DNA of 64,000 nucleotides from Octopus sinensis (GCF_006345805.1 NC_042997.1:146134001-146198000); one strand, 5' to 3'. Positions 25,880 through 40,000 are shown, counted from the first letter of the stretch. The notes: a model not told the origin generated them from the sequence alone. Made by a program: numbers and translations.

Positions 25880-27180
25880 ATGGCGGGTTCTTCTGTGCCC
25901 CAGGTTTTGGTTGACGCTGCTTTAAATTTATTCTTCAAAGGAAAGACATCCAGATTTGTGAGTGGAAATTACAGAGGAATTAATTTTCTTGAAACAGTTG
26001 GTAACTTCAGCTTAATCATAAAAAGTGCCTATGCTCCTCTATTATCCCAGAAAGGTGATGTGGCTTTAGATCAGGTCGTGATGCAGATGACATTAGTTTT
26101 ATTGCTCCTCAACTCAAGGAGAAACGCATCGAACATCTCATAGCTCTTTACCAGATCATTGTCAATTTAACAAAGGCTTTCGACACTGTTAATGTAATCA
26201 ATCTTTGGACCATTCTAGGTAAATTGTTATGTCTACCTCAGTTTGTCACTTTTAAGCAACTCCATAGTGAGATGAAAGCCCGTTTTAACTTCAGCATTTC
26301 AATCCCGGGACCAATTTCCATCAGTAACAATGCCGAATAAGGTGAAATTCCTGCTCCAGCACTTTTTACCATATATTTTGCTGTGGCTGTTTCGTACGCT
26401 TTCTAGAACTGTGATATCAGCGTCTACATTCACTCAGAACCACAGTTAAGGGTTATATAATACGCTTCAACGGAAAATCGAAGACTTTCCAGGGCCTGGA
26501 TAGTCTTCGATTTTCAGTTGAACTCCTTTGTATTGACGATGTAGTTCCCGTGGATCAGACAGAAGAAAATATGAAGGTTATAATGGATCTCTTGCTACGG
26601 CATGCACTGCTTTCGGAAATACAATCAGTCTGAAGAAGACATAAGTCATGTTTCTCAGCCTCCATACCAGCCCTATATCGAACCTATATATATATATTAC
26701 CAATGTCACACACTTACTGTATGGGTTTGCTTACGAGCCTACTGGTTGAGAGATAGCGTCAGGAAAAAATCTCTTGATGATACCGAGTATTTAAAAACTG
26801 AATACTTCAAAACATGCAAGAGAAAACCCCCTTAGATGATCAAGAATGAAGGATGTCAATATTTCACTATTTATGGAGCTCTTCGGCATCGTGTATTCGA
26901 GTCACCTTGGAACGAACTGCAATCGCTGTTCTGAGGCTTATATAGAAATAATACAGAGTCTATCTACTAATGTGTACCAGCGCAGCACAAGCAGCCCTAA
27001 TAATGTAAACATTACCGCTGGCACATAAATAAAAATACATGTTTCGTTTATGCGCTCATTGCCTGACGTATAGCGTCAATAGAAAAAATGACTCGAGTAC
27101 AATTTGTTGAGGAGCTGCAAAAACACCGAATATATCGATATCCATAATTCTCGATCACCTAAGGAGTGAGTTGTCTTGCC
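25880..27180 (+). mobile_element. Degenerate RTE-clade LINE reverse-transcriptase region
   Basis: NYRGINFL, VNLTKAFDTVN, PALFTIYFAV, LLCIDDV (RT YADD motif), EENMKVIMDL; many stops and frameshifts. Confidence 0.85.
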
Positions 27181-27774
27181 TGGTTTCTATGCACATGCAA
27201 TTGCTTGTATATACTTGTGTGTGTGCGTATGTGTGTGTGTATGTGTGTGTGCTCAAATGAAATTAAATAAAGATCAAGGGAACAGGAATTATGTCATCAG
27301 CATAATAACCTTACAGCTGTTTCTGCTATTAGATGCAGTGCTTGTGCTTTACCTTATAGCTCCATCAGAGCTTCTTGATTACGAAACTACCGTTCCTCTT
27401 TTTTTATTTTCTTAGTACGCTTTGTACTCGTCTAACGCTTTAGTATGAATCATGTATGTATGACTACCATATTTTCCGGCATGCAATTCGACATATACTA
27501 TAAACATGTAATGCAAACAGTGGAACATCGTCGCTATCTTTCGAAATTCTGCTGCATATTTTACGGAAATTTTGGTCCACCAAAGTCGTCTTGGTGTATA
27601 AGTCAACTTACCTTTTTTAGGTGTAAAGTTTGGTCTGCTAAATTCGACTTCATTCAGGAAAATATGGTACGTATATGTGTGTGTGCGTGTGTGTGTGTGT
27701 GCGTGCGCCTGCGTGCGTGCTTGTGTTGTGTGATCATAATGATAATGAAGAACTACCGCCTTTTGGTCGAATAA

Positions 27775-27933
27775 ATTGACCCTAAGGCTTATCCTTTGTA
27801 AACTTCGAACATATTCCATCGGCCTTCTTTGCCGAATCGCCAAGTTTCTGGAGGTAAACATACGAACTTCCGTTGTCGAGGGACGCTGGGGTGGGACAAG
27901 CACAAACACAAAGACACACACACGCGTGTGTGT

Positions 27934-27990
<57 letters not shown>

Positions 27991-28050
27991 CATAAATATA
28001 TACGACAGGCTTCTTTCTGCTTCTGTCTACACTATTCACGCACAAGGCCA
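27775..28050 (-). mobile_element. Family A SINE (partial)
   Basis: Reverse complement of the family A body (GACAGGCTTCTTTC..., ACAAACACAAAGAC). Confidence 0.65.
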
Positions 28051-28816
28051 GATATGTGTGTTATTTGTTGTTGTTTTTTTTGTTTTTTATAGCTGTTAGA
28101 ATTTCTCAGGTTGAATTTGTAGTCGTGACGGCTCTTTATTCTATCTCCGTTTTTTCTTTTGTATATATGCTTATTTTGTATTTATATTGTATTTCTGCAG
28201 TACATATATGGGAATAGCTTGTTCATTTTATACTGGATGTATTGTATTTGATGATTTAAATTGGATTGTTGAAGCTCTAAGCGCATGATGGAATACAAAT
28301 TTACGCTTTACTGTTGCAGGTGGGTATTTTCAGCAGGATTATCATAGAAAAGTTGTATAGCTTTAGCTAAACCCTGATTGAGCAGGCATATCATTAAAAG
28401 CATTCAGCTTGATCATCCAGTTTCTATAAGATATTTATGATTATATGCTCTAACAATTTTTTTAGCTCGTGGATTATAATTAAAGGGGTAATTGCAGTTA
28501 TAGTGAATAAAGTCAATGCAGAAAGTTTCCTTTATTAACTGATCGAATAGAAGCAGTTATATAAGGCTTTCACAAAAGATTAGGTGTTAGAATCTGTTAA
28601 ACTGCTTGGCATTTTGCTTCAAAAAAGAAACGTATCTTGTACGTTCAATAAAATTAGCAAGACAACGAATCAATAGAGCCCCATGGTTTAAAGACTGAAA
28701 ACGACATTCTTTACATAAATCTCGTATCAGATTCGATACTGGATTTTGCCAAATCTGGTACCGACTTTATTTTCGAAGTGGAGGATTCTCGACCTATTTA
28801 TCTATTTACCAATTTT

Positions 28817-28868
<52 letters not shown>

Positions 28869-29266
28869 TAGTAAGTAACTATATCTGGGTACTGACACAC
28901 CTACTATTTTACCTTTTTGTATGTTTTATTCTCATTATTCTTATTTTTCTTAATTACTCCCTGAGTGTATTTATAACTTTGCAATGGTATTTTTCCCTCG
29001 CCATTCCCGCCCAACGGATTAAACCTACGAACACTTACAAATGCTGTATTAAATCCGAGCAGAACAGAGTTTATTTAACGAGATACCTCTTATTACGTCA
29101 CCTTAAAAGACGCCCTTGCAGCGAGGGATGCACCACAACTTGTATAGTTCCCCCCCGCGACGGATCGATGCAGGATGTGTCGACACGATCGTTGTGAGCA
29201 ACAAAGTTTCCAGCGTATTCCATTTCTGTCTCTATCATTTGTCTATCATTTGTTTTATATTTGTGC

Positions 29267-29312
<46 letters not shown>

Positions 29313-29419
29313 TTATATATATGTATATAGGGAGAGTTTATGAAAAAGACAAAAGACGAAGACAGGTGGTGTACAAAACAAACAGATGTATTAGTATAAC
29401 GCTCAGGAATAGAAAAAGT

Positions 29420-29455
29420 CTTTTACGTTTCGAGCCTGCGCTCTTCTACAGAAAG
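29420..29455 (-). ncRNA. Ultra-minimal hammerhead-like motif (A6U variant)
   Basis: CTTT-CTGTAGA-A-GAGC(GCAG)GCTC-GAAAC-GTA-AAAG. Confidence 0.45.
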
Positions 29456-29836
29456 GGACACAGAAAAAACAAGGAGAGAAAAAAATGTGTGTAGTGGCTA
29501 ACGATCTATCATGGCGACTGACTCGGGCAGAAGGGTCACACACGAGAGGGAAAGTAGGGGAGATAACAAAGTAAAGATGACCCCCAACAAGAAGGTGCGT
29601 GTGTGTATAAGAGAGTATGTAGGTGCGTGTGAAAGAGGGCTGGTGGTATGGACGTGTGCGTGTATGTGTAGGTGTGAAAATGTGGGGCGGGTGTGTAGGT
29701 GGTGTGTGGTGATGTGATGTGTAATGTTGTATGGTGTGGTGTAGTGTGATGTTGTTGGGAGGTGGGGGAGGCGAGAGTGGAGAAAGTACGGGTGGGGTGT
29801 GGATATATATAATCTATCTATCTATCTATCTATCTA

Positions 29837-29871
<35 letters not shown>

Positions 29872-29884
29872 TTTTAGTCTTTCC

Positions 29885-30310
29885 TTTCATTCTTTTACTT
29901 GTTTCAGTCATCTAACTGCGGCCAGGCTGGAGCACCATCTTGAAGAGTTCTTTTTTTAGTTGAAGAAATCGATCCCATTCTTTATTTTTAAAGCCAAGTA
30001 CTCGTTCTATCATTCTCCTTGCCGAACCGCTAGGTTACGGGGACGTTAAAACCCACACCGGTTGTCGAACGGTAATGGGGAAGGACAAATACAGACACAA
30101 GGACATACACACATACATATATACATATATAACGATAAATATATATGACAGGCTTCTTTCAGTTTCCACCTGCCAAATCCACTCACAAAGCTTTGGTCGG
30201 CCCGAAGCTATAGTAGAAGACACTTGCCCAAGGTACTACACAGTGGTACTGAATCCGGAACCACGTGGTTGGTAAGCAAAACTTGTTACCATACTGCGAC
30301 GCCCGCGCGT
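29885..30310 (-). mobile_element. Family A SINE
   Basis: Near full-length reverse-complement match to 12421-12908. Confidence 0.85.
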
Positions 30311-32245
30311 GTATATATAAAATAAATATGACGGCATAAAATTTCATTGCTACTATGGGAAATTATTGCTCTGCTTTACGTGTTTTCACTTTAAGAGCAG
30401 TGACTGAGTACAAATTAACTTGTATATCGAGGCAATACTGTACATGTATGTATGTGTGTGTTTGTGTGTGTATATATTATATTATATATATATATATATA
30501 TATATATGGAGGAGGGTGCATGTATGTATGAATGAAGGTATGTACGATATGTATAAATATATATATACTCATATATCTATGTACGTATGTATATGTATAT
30601 ATGTGTGTGTGTGTGTGTGTGTATATACATGTACGTACGTACGTATGTATGTATGTATGTATGTATGTATGTACATATACTGTGATCATTGCATATTTTG
30701 TCAGGAACTACTATCGAGAATTTAATACCGCAGTTTTTACACTATCGAGTATCTGATTTGAAGTGAAGAAGATTAGGCTGATATTTCTAGCAGCTCCAGC
30801 AAACGTTCAAAGGCTGAAATCTGTTTCTCCCAGTATGCGAACTGGTGCAAATTTCTGCGCTGCGCATTCCTGTGCACGCATGTTTGTGTGTATGTAAGCC
30901 AAAAATGTGTATATATGTTTAGTGGTGTTACTCCGTGATTATACGTCTCTGACGTTTGGTAGTTTCAGTTAATATTTTCCTGAGATTTTATGGGAAACAA
31001 CTAATTTTAAGACCTTATGTAGATTATGCTGTTGTAGATATTGTCATCTTGTCGCGGAATAGTTTAGCGTTCATAGTGGTAACACTTGATAAAAGGCGCT
31101 CTATCTGTGACTATCCTGTCGTTTTGCTTATCAGATATTACATACGTACACGTCTTTTTTTGAGCGAAAGGACCTTTGAAGTGAGAAGTCTTTAATCATG
31201 TCGCCTCATTTACGAATTTCGAAAATGCAGTACTACACCCTTTCAAGCTATATCTGCCATTTAAAAGAAAACGATATATTTTCTGGGAGATTGCTGATAC
31301 ATCTAGACTGTAGAATACTAGTAAGGAATGGCCACTTTACATTGCAACAAAAATATGGTTATAAGGAAGACAGGGAAACATTTGTATTCTTATACACGTT
31401 TATTACTGCAATACACAGTTTGATAAGGAGGGTAGTATAAGTTGACGTAGTAAGTTGCTAGGCTGACCTTATCGTACCTCAAGGTTAATTTTGAGTAAGG
31501 TTACTTATAGCTATGGGTTTACATTGATTTAATAAAATGCGCAGATGATGAATAGAACTTGTGCTTACCAGAGAGTATTGCATCTGAGAATCTATTAAGT
31601 AATGAGGGGTTGTAGTGGCGAATGATGGTTAGCGATTATTCTCATAAATGTAATTTACAAGTACCGATGGTTGCGTTGTATGGACAGCCTCACTTACGAT
31701 GGACCAGGATAGGGTATAGGGAATATTTTGACAACGTTGTGTACATAAGTTGCTACGGAGGTAGATAATTTAGAATTTGGACTAGAGAAAGAGTTCATGT
31801 GTGCACAATGGTGGCGCTTGAAATCAACAGTGCTGCCGATATAGACCCTTGCCTGATGGGGGTGTAGTGTTATAACACGGCACTAACAGACTACATTTTT
31901 ACGCAAACAGAAATCTCCAAGAGGGCATAGTTGAGAAACCTGACAATTGCAAGTTTTCCTACCTGCTACATTATATATATATCGTAAATACCCGCCCCCA
32001 CCAAAAAAAAACCAAGAACAAACACAAGAAAAAACAACAACGTGAGGACGTGTTACATTCAAAGTATTAGCAGTCGCTCAGGAAAGGAAAGAAAAGTGGA
32101 TTTACGTTTCGAGCAAAGCTCTTCTTCAAAAACAGGAGACAGAGGGAAGTCCAAGAGAAAAGGAAGACGGAGGAAAAAAATCGCCACGATTCACATGTGG
32201 TTACATATATTATTATTATTATCATCATCATTATTATTATTATTA

Positions 32246-32305
<60 letters not shown>

Positions 32306-32493
32306 TTTTATTTTTTTTTTTTTATCATTATCATTATTATTATATTAAAGTAACTTGTCGCAATTTAAAGCCAAAAGGCACAAGTACAATCATCAAGTAA
32401 TGTATATATAATATATATATATACATATATATGCATGTATGTATGTATGTATGTATGTATGTATGTATGTATGCATGTATGTATGTATGTATG

Positions 32494-32591
<98 letters not shown>

Positions 32592-32596
32592 TAGAT

Positions 32597-32659
<63 letters not shown>

Positions 32660-32765
32660 TAGATAGATAGATATACATATATACACAGTAGCACCTCCGT
32701 TTTCGATCAACTCTGATCACGAATAAATCGTGCTTTATATATATATATATCTATATATATATAAG

Positions 32766-32796
<31 letters not shown>

Positions 32797-33320
32797 TATA
32801 TATCTTTCTATATATAAAGCACGATTATTCGCGATCAGATTTGTTTGAAAACCGCGATACTACTTTATATATATATATATATATATATACATGCACGACA
32901 GTGTTACCCGTCATATGACGAGTGATTTTGAATGTTTACTTTTATCATCTTGGACGGAAATATGGCATTATATATCAAAAATATGATTTACCTTTTAAAA
33001 AAATGATAAAATGAATACTAATTTTCAAAAGAAGAATATTTATTAGTTTAAAATGGAATTGAATAAATTTCTCATTTATATATTTACAATATACTATGCA
33101 ATTATTTCACTAAATTTTACCACCTTTATGTACTCTGTTTCCTGGAAAATCTATCACAGCAAAATGGTAATTTTTCAGAAAGATCGAAATATGTTTTGGT
33201 GTCTAACACTAAAGTAGACTTTCTCATCACTCTCTTGTTTGAGAGAAAATAAAAATTCCGTTACCTCTTCCTTCTCACTTTCTCTCTTTCTGTCCTTACC
33301 TCTCTTTCTCTCTGAGCACA

Positions 33321-33387
<67 letters not shown>

Positions 33388-33429
33388 CATTCGCAGACAT
33401 AAACTTAATATATTGCTTTCAAATTTTGG

Positions 33430-33627
33430 TACAAGGCTGGTAATTTTGAGAGAGTGGAGAAGTCGATTACATTTACCCCAGTCTTCAACTGGTACGTATT
33501 TTACTTATCCCGAAATGATTAAAGGCAAAGTCAACCTTAACGGAATTTGAACTCAGAACGTAAATACAGACGAAATGCCGCTAAGCATTTTGCCTGGCGT
33601 GTTAATGAGTCTGCCTGTTCGCCGCCC
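33430..33627 (-). mobile_element. Family B SINE downstream of gene 2
   Basis: AAAGGCAAAGTCAACCTT..GGAATTTGAACTCAGAACGTAA..GAAATGCCGCTAAGCATTT. Confidence 0.8.
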
Positions 33628-33816
33628 TCAAACACTATCAGAAAATGAATCGATCGATGATATTTCATACAGTTATGAAGTATGTTATGTTCATGCTGGA
33701 AAATTAATGAAACTTAAACTGTTTACTATCCCTTTATTCGTTTCAGATTATTTATTTAAAAAATAATATTCAATTTAAGTAAAATTTCGATAAAGAACTG
33801 GGCTGTGCAATTATCT

Positions 33817-33822
33817 TTTATT
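33817..33822 (-). promoter_or_regulatory. Polyadenylation signal AATAAA of gene 2
   Basis: ~60 nt downstream of the stop, in a context homologous to gene 1. Confidence 0.65.
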
Positions 33823-33882
33823 TCAGAAATCCAATATCCGAAGAAATAATGAATGTCAGCCTTCTTCATTTCATTTTCTCAT

Positions 33883-33987
33883 TTAGTGGGGATAATTGGT
33901 TAGCTGATGCTGGGAACCAAAAGTAGGATCACGTTCGAAACCACCATGTTCAGGTGCTGGACAGTTTTCTTTGTTGAGCCTGACTTC
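33883..33987 (-). CDS. Gene 2 terminal coding exon: EVRLNKENCPAPEHGGFERDPTFGSQHQLTNYPH* (precursor 91 aa)
   Basis: Acceptor TATTTCTAATTTCAG|GAAGTC homologous to gene 1; open to TAA at 33883-33885; homologous 3' UTR. Confidence 0.85.
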   Translation of the reverse strand, partial: EVRLNKENCPAPEHGGFERDPTFGSQHQLTNYPH

Positions 33988-34536
33988 CTGAAATTAGAAA
34001 TACATTGCATATAATGCTGATAACAATTTTAAATGAGGCATTAATATATTTTATTATTCGGAAAGAGAGTTCTTTCTATACGTGATATCTGGTAATTAAA
34101 TAGTAAAGATCTTTACAAACCAAATAGATAAAGTTTTTAATTTCATTTGATACACCTTAATTTTTCTTCAGACAGTTATGTTCTAGCCAAGACCTGAATT
34201 TCAGACTTACTCATTGGTGTAATTACTTTTGTTACACGTTCGACCAGTTCATCTAGAATTATTTTAAATATTACATATAAGACACAAGATTTCTTTTAAG
34301 TGTGTAGTATTTCAGTATACAAATATATTTCACTACCTTGTGTTGCCTCTTATATTTCCTGAAATACATCTATATTTCAGTTTTCTTCGCGACACTACCG
34401 TGTGACAGTAAACATGCCTCATTACAGTAATTATCAAATGCAAAGTAAAGGTGGACTACAGGAAAAAAATCGTTACAGAGTCGGATGAAATGCCTTGCGG
34501 TATTTCTTCTGAATATGAATATATATGTTCACAAAA

Positions 34537-34775
34537 GGCGGCGAGCTGGCAGAAACGTTAGCACGCCGGGCGAAATGCGTGGCCGTATTTCGTCTGCCGT
34601 TACGTTCTGAGTTCAAATTCCGCCGAGGTCGACTTTGCCTTTCATCCTTTCGGGGTCGATAAATTAAGTACCAGTTGCGCACTGGGGTCGATGTAATCGA
34701 CTTAATCCCTTTGTCTGTCCTTGTTTGTCCCCCTCTATGTTTAGCCCCTTGTGGGTAGTAAAGAAATAGGTATTT
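34537..34775 (+). mobile_element. Well-preserved family B SINE in intron 2 of gene 2 (antisense)
   Basis: GGCGGCGAGCTGGCAGAAACGTTAGCACGCCGGGCGAAATG...GAGTTCAAATTCCGCCGAGGTCGAC...GTAAAGAAATAGGTATTT. Confidence 0.9.
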
Positions 34776-36050
34776 CTTCTGACATATTACGTTCTGTGAT
34801 TAACTTTGCCATAAAATTTTCTATCCGCCAAAATTTTAGGTCTTGTGATTATGTTAAAAATTTTGGGTGGCGAGCTAACAGAATTGGTGGAACATCTGAA
34901 ACAGCGTCTTGCAGTATTTCTTCTGGCTTTTCACGTTTGGTTTTCAAATACCACCGAAACCAGTCTTTGGTTTTAAGCTCTTCGGGTTCGATAAAATGAA
35001 GTGCCATTCAAGTAGTGTAGTTAATGATAACGACTAGTCTGTACCCTTAAAATTACTGGCCTTGTGTCTTAATTAGAAACCGTGATATGTAAGATATGGG
35101 TGCTGGATTGGAAGAACCCTTACTGTGTCGGGCAAAGTACATTGCGGTATTTGTTCTGGTCTTTACATTATGAGTTAAAATCTCGCATTGCTCGGCTTTA
35201 CCTTTCATTCTTCTGAGGTCGAGTTCCAATTAAATACTGAGCCAATTTGATGAATTAATCTCTTAAGTATGTAGCCTTATACTTATGTTATAAATGATTA
35301 AATGAAGTGCAATATGGATACTGTAATCAGCAGAGTCGAACAATATAACTTGCGTCTGGTTTCAAATAATACCAGTATTGAGTTTACTTTTTATCGTCCT
35401 TAATTCAATAATATAAGGACAGTCTCATATTGAGGGCGATTTAAGGAAATACATTCTCTCCAAAATTTGTTGCCATCTGCCAATGAAAGAGAACATTCTT
35501 AAATTTAGCACTTACATGTCCTCTTATCAATCGATAATCAAAGTTTAAATTTACTCAGGATTAAGTTTGCCTGTTTTCACGCAATGTCAATTAAATATAA
35601 TAAGAATGTTGTGTGTAGCTTCATGTCTGTCCTAATCGAGTTGACGAGACGTATGGTATATATTTGTAGTCATTCGAACCGAACAACGAGTTACGAACTG
35701 CAAATCCAAAGTTTGGATATTTAATACCTCCGTCTTCTGTGCATATTATAATACGCAGTAATTGAATATATGGTGGTGCAGTGTTTCACTCTACCCGCGC
35801 TGTACTCTCTTCACTGTTTTTGTTTTGTATCTTTTTAGATTTTCGTGGTGGCCAGAGTGAAGGAAGACAAAGAAAATTTTGTCCGAATATAAAAAATGAT
35901 TCTCCTCTACACTTATTTAAACTGTGCATTCCAGCACCACACCTAAACGTAAAGAAGCAATTCATTTCTTTTGTGCTTTTGTAATGTTTGGTTGAACTGA
36001 CTGGGAGTGATCGTAACTTAAAATACTGTTGCAATATTAATCTGCAGTAA

Positions 36051-36460
36051 GGCGGCGAGCTGGCAGAAACGTTAGCACGCCGGGCGAAACGCGCATCCGT
36101 ATTTCGTCTGCCGTTACGTTCTGAGTTCAAATTCCGCGAGGTCGACTTTGCCTTTCATCCTTTTAGGGTCGATAAATTAAGTACCAGTTACGCACTGGGG
36201 TCTATATAATCAACTTAATCCGTTTGTCTGTCCTTGTTTGTCTTCTCTGTGTTTGGCCCTTTGGTGGGTAGTAAAGAAATAGGTATTTCGTCTGTCGCTA
36301 CGTTCTGAGTTCAAATTCCGCCGAGGTCGACTTTGCCTTTCATCTTTTTGGGATCGATAAATTAAGTACCACTTACAGACTGGGGTCGATGTAATCGGCT
36401 TAATCCCGTTGTCTGTCTTTGTTTGTCCTCTCTATGTTTGGCCCCTTGTAGGCAATAAAG
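36051..36460 (+). mobile_element. Family B SINE with a tandem partial duplication, in intron 2 of gene 2
   Basis: The body from TATTTCGTCTG.. to ..GTAAAGAAA occurs twice (~36100-36285, ~36285-36465). Confidence 0.9.
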
Positions 36461-36539
36461 AAACAAGAAATAAGAAAACAGTTAAAATATTTATAAGAAA
36501 AGTTAGTGTAGATACACGAAATTCAGTCACATGACTTAC

Positions 36540-36710
36540 CCACGCTGTTCGGCACTTGCACTTGCATAACTTGGTGCATGTAACTCTCATAGAATTGCGA
36601 CATTGTACGGCTAAGCATTGAGACAAGCAATTATTCGGAAGGAACACTGCTTCTACTCCAACACACAACACCAATGATATCAACATACATTTTAAAGTTA
36701 AGGAAACCAT
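36540..36710 (-). CDS. Cys-rich secreted peptide gene 2, coding exon A: MVSLTLKCMLISLVLCVGVEA/VFLPNNCLSQCLAVQCRNSMRVTCTKLCKCKCRTAW
   Basis: Acceptor TTTTTTTTCTAGCAG just before the ATG; donor TGG|GTAAGT at 36539; same 171-nt coding length as gene 1; 18/21 signal-peptide residues identical to gene 1. Confidence 0.9.
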
Positions 36711-37544
36711 TTTCTGCTAGAAAAAAAAGAACGCACGACAATTAATACAAATATATGGTAATATTTCTGTATATACAAACATAAATATAAACTTTCTATT
36801 TCCTATTCAAAAAAATATTCCTCATATATATTAATTTTAAATAAATAAGGTAGAATGTACATTATTTTGAGTTCAGGAAGAGAGCCATAATATTTGAAAT
36901 ATATCTAACCGTGAGATGATGTGAGAGTTGTCACTACTTCTCGTTTTCTCTCTGTCTGTCTCCCCACCACCACCACCACCACAACCACACGCATATATAC
37001 ATTGCCGCCTGCTGGCAATGAGTAAATCTTATAAGGGTAAATCCCAATCTTTCTCTGCTATTCTTACAGCTTTATTGCTTTCGAAATTTCCTTTGTCTGT
37101 AAAATACTGAACACATTCAACGCTTCAAAAGTTTGCTTGTAAAAATTCGAAAGCTACGATTTAGCATTAAAATTGATAGTAATTCTTGCCAGGGGCCCAG
37201 TCGGTATCTCAGGAATACAGGTTTGACACCTGTAGCTGTCTGTTGGCAACATTTTCCCGTCCTGTAAGGGTAAATACTCAATCTTTCTCTGCTGTTCTTA
37301 CAGCCGTAGTGAAATATATAGACAGTACAAGGTTTTGATGTGGCTGCGTGTATGTTATTGCAAGATTTCATACAGAGATGAAAGAATAAATACATGATCT
37401 ATACATCTAATATATAAAATATTTTCAATTCTTCTATCGATGATAATACATGGAATCAAATTGTAGAAACTAGTTGAATGAAGTAATCTATGCAAGAAAG
37501 TTCAGAGACAGGAAATGTAGAACAAGTGGTAGCTTTCAGTCATG

Positions 37545-37715
37545 TCTAGTATAAGGCGTAGAGAAATAGACGTACATAGCAACGCAAAATCGAAGACTTT
37601 CCAGGACCTTGTTCGTCAACTCCTTTGTATTGACGATGTAGTTGTCGTTGCTCACACAGAAGAAAACATGAAGGTTATAATGGATCTCTTCCTAGGGAAT
37701 GCACTGCTTTCGGAA
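37545..37715 (+). mobile_element. RTE RT fragment homologous to 26470-26635, in intron 1 of gene 2
   Basis: NAKSKTFQDLVRQLLCIDDVVVVAHTEENMKVIMDLF. Confidence 0.8.
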
Positions 37716-38039
37716 ATACAATCACATTTGTTCTCTACTTATTATTTCTTTAACCCTTCTCTTTCTAGTATCTGCCTTTGACGTCGAATCTACTAACGGT
37801 TTTTTTAAAAATACTTAATAACGTTCTGTTTATCATTTATGCAGTCATCGTAATTGTTATAATGTCTTGTTGTTTAGATAGGCTCTCTTTCTTTCCTGAT
37901 GAGAAGATTGCATTTTACGACGTTGATTCCTTTGGAATAAAACCAATATTGTCTTCGAAACATATATCGAAAGTAAAAGAATTTTAATAACATATGCATT
38001 CAACTCCATTTGTTGAAGAGATGGAGCAGCTTCTTGCCC

Positions 38040-38710
38040 TTTAGGTTGAAAGGCAGAATCATCAGCAAGCAAACTGTAGCCAGGAAATAATTCTGGAGAA
38101 AGCATTGTCTTTGTTTGAAGATTTGAAAAAGAAATATCCAGATGAGAAAGACGTAGAATTTAAGGCAAACCAGGGATAGCTTATGAGATTTAAGTAGCGT
38201 TGCAATTTACACTCTCTCAAAAAACAAGGTGAAAGCGCATCAGATAACGACGTTGCTGCAGCGGAATTTCCTGCGAAGATTATTGAAAATATAGATTTCT
38301 ACCCGATTATTGAAAATAATAGATTTTTTTCCCGAATCAATGATGATGAAACAAGCATCTACTGGAAGAAATTACCAGATCGTTCTTTCATATCCAAGGA
38401 AGAGAAAAGAGAACCCCTGAGTTCTTAGGAATATACTCAAGTCATTTCTTCCTGTAATATGGATGGCCAGTTCAAAGGCTTGAGTCACTGTCATTATTTT
38501 TCAAGAATGCTTTCTCAATCATTTTGTTCCTGAAGCAGGAAAAAGTGTTCTAAGACTGAAGAGATTCCTTTTAAAGTTCTGCTTGCCATAGATAACGCTC
38601 CTATCCATCCGAAAAACATGGGATATTTCCATCCCAACGTTACCGTTATCTTCTTTCTTCCTATCTCGCTGTTGCAACCAATGGACTAGGGGATAACTGC
38701 CATCATTAAG
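38040..38710 (+). mobile_element. Decayed Tigger/pogo transposase fragment
   Basis: QEIILEKALSLFEDLKK..EFKANQG, DETSIYWKKLPDRSFISKEEK, LLAIDNAPIHP, LLQPMD: CENP-B HTH plus DDE_1 motifs. Confidence 0.85.
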
Positions 38711-39759
38711 CTAGTATATGAAGCACCATATTAACTGTGATATGAAATTTATTTCTCTTAACTTAATGGGCAACATCTTAACTGCGACGTGAAGTTTATT
38801 TCCCTATATGTGCTTATGCAGTTATTTTGAAACGTTTGGGTTTTCTTATAGATATAAAGTTCAGTCGCAAATTAAATTTTAAAACCTGACAATGAAGACT
38901 CAAGCCTATTAAATCCCATTCATTGTATTCAGTTTCCTGATGTCATCAACAGTATAGATTTAAATGCCATCTCGTGAACCCCATTTTCTTTCTTTCTCAC
39001 TTTGCTTATATATATATGAAAAATAACTGACATTCAGATGAATTAGGTAATTAAGTTGAGGCACCAAAATTTAGTGCGGTATTATCCATACAACTTCACA
39101 ATAAGGTGAATAAAACCAAAATACGCAACAGGATATCCAGAAGTGATGCAGTACGACCATTTCAAGCATCTCCATTTAATTGAACAATGCAATCATTACA
39201 TAAATTTAAATGCAGAGCTATCCTCATCTGCATGAATAAATAAATAAATAGAATTAATTTTAACAGTCGGACACATATAATTTTACCTAAATCCTCTAAG
39301 AGTGTAGGAAGAGAGACAAAGTCCATACTGTTTTCACTTCAGGTTAGAAGCTACTAAGACATCAGGAAAAAAAGAAACTTTTTAGGATTCTAGCTTGTCA
39401 CTTATTTTGGGGGTCGGTTTTAATTTATAGTCCTAGTTTATCAAATCTTTGTATAACAAAATCTAAGACAATAGAACAGTGTCTGTTAAGAAAAGGCATG
39501 AGGGAGATGACAGAATCATAGTGGGTATAGTCATAAAACTTGTCAAGATTATTCTGAAGTCGTGTAAAGTAACTGGCTATAATGTGGTTTGGTAAAGGAA
39601 GATATTAAATCAAGATTTAATTACTAGTTAAAGGGGCAAGACTCTAATTAAACAAACGATGATAATACAGGGGAAAGTTTTATCATGGGGTACTATAGTT
39701 GAATGATTTATATAATATTGTTATATTGTATAAAGATAAAATTTAGGGTTATCAATAAT

Positions 39760-40000
39760 ACTAAGATTAATAATAGTAATTCTCCTACTTGCAATTGTAG
39801 AGCTGGATCCCACTGTCCGTTATTAGGCCGTTGTCTTATCCAGAACGTGATTTATAAATGTACAATCATAACTATAACTGGTAACTTTATATATATTGGA
39901 TGTTGGATTAATATGAAAAAACAACTTTATGATCATTTTCCGTCTTTTAGACTTAAACATAAGGCTAATTGTACGTCATTATCTAGTAAGATTTGAGTTC
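39760..40000 (+). mobile_element. Penelope-like element GIY-YIG endonuclease fragment
   Basis: TCNCRAGSHCPLLGRCLIQNVIYKC...IYIG...H..SF...TSLSSKI, the characteristic CNC-CPL-G-C / VIY / YIG pattern. Confidence 0.75.

Noticed and set aside
36432-36539. C-terminal VSHVTEFRVSTLTFLINIL... of the 92-aa ORF as a transmembrane anchor
   Set aside because: It is read-through into the intron and a SINE tail; a homologous true last exon exists at 33883-33987.
36990-37310. ~45-bp direct repeat (TAAGGGTAAAT..CAATCTTTCTCTGCT..TCTTACAGC) twice in gene 2 intron 1, and the Cys-containing ORF 37117-37395
   Set aside because: A small local duplication; the ORF lacks a signal peptide and the family Cys spacing.
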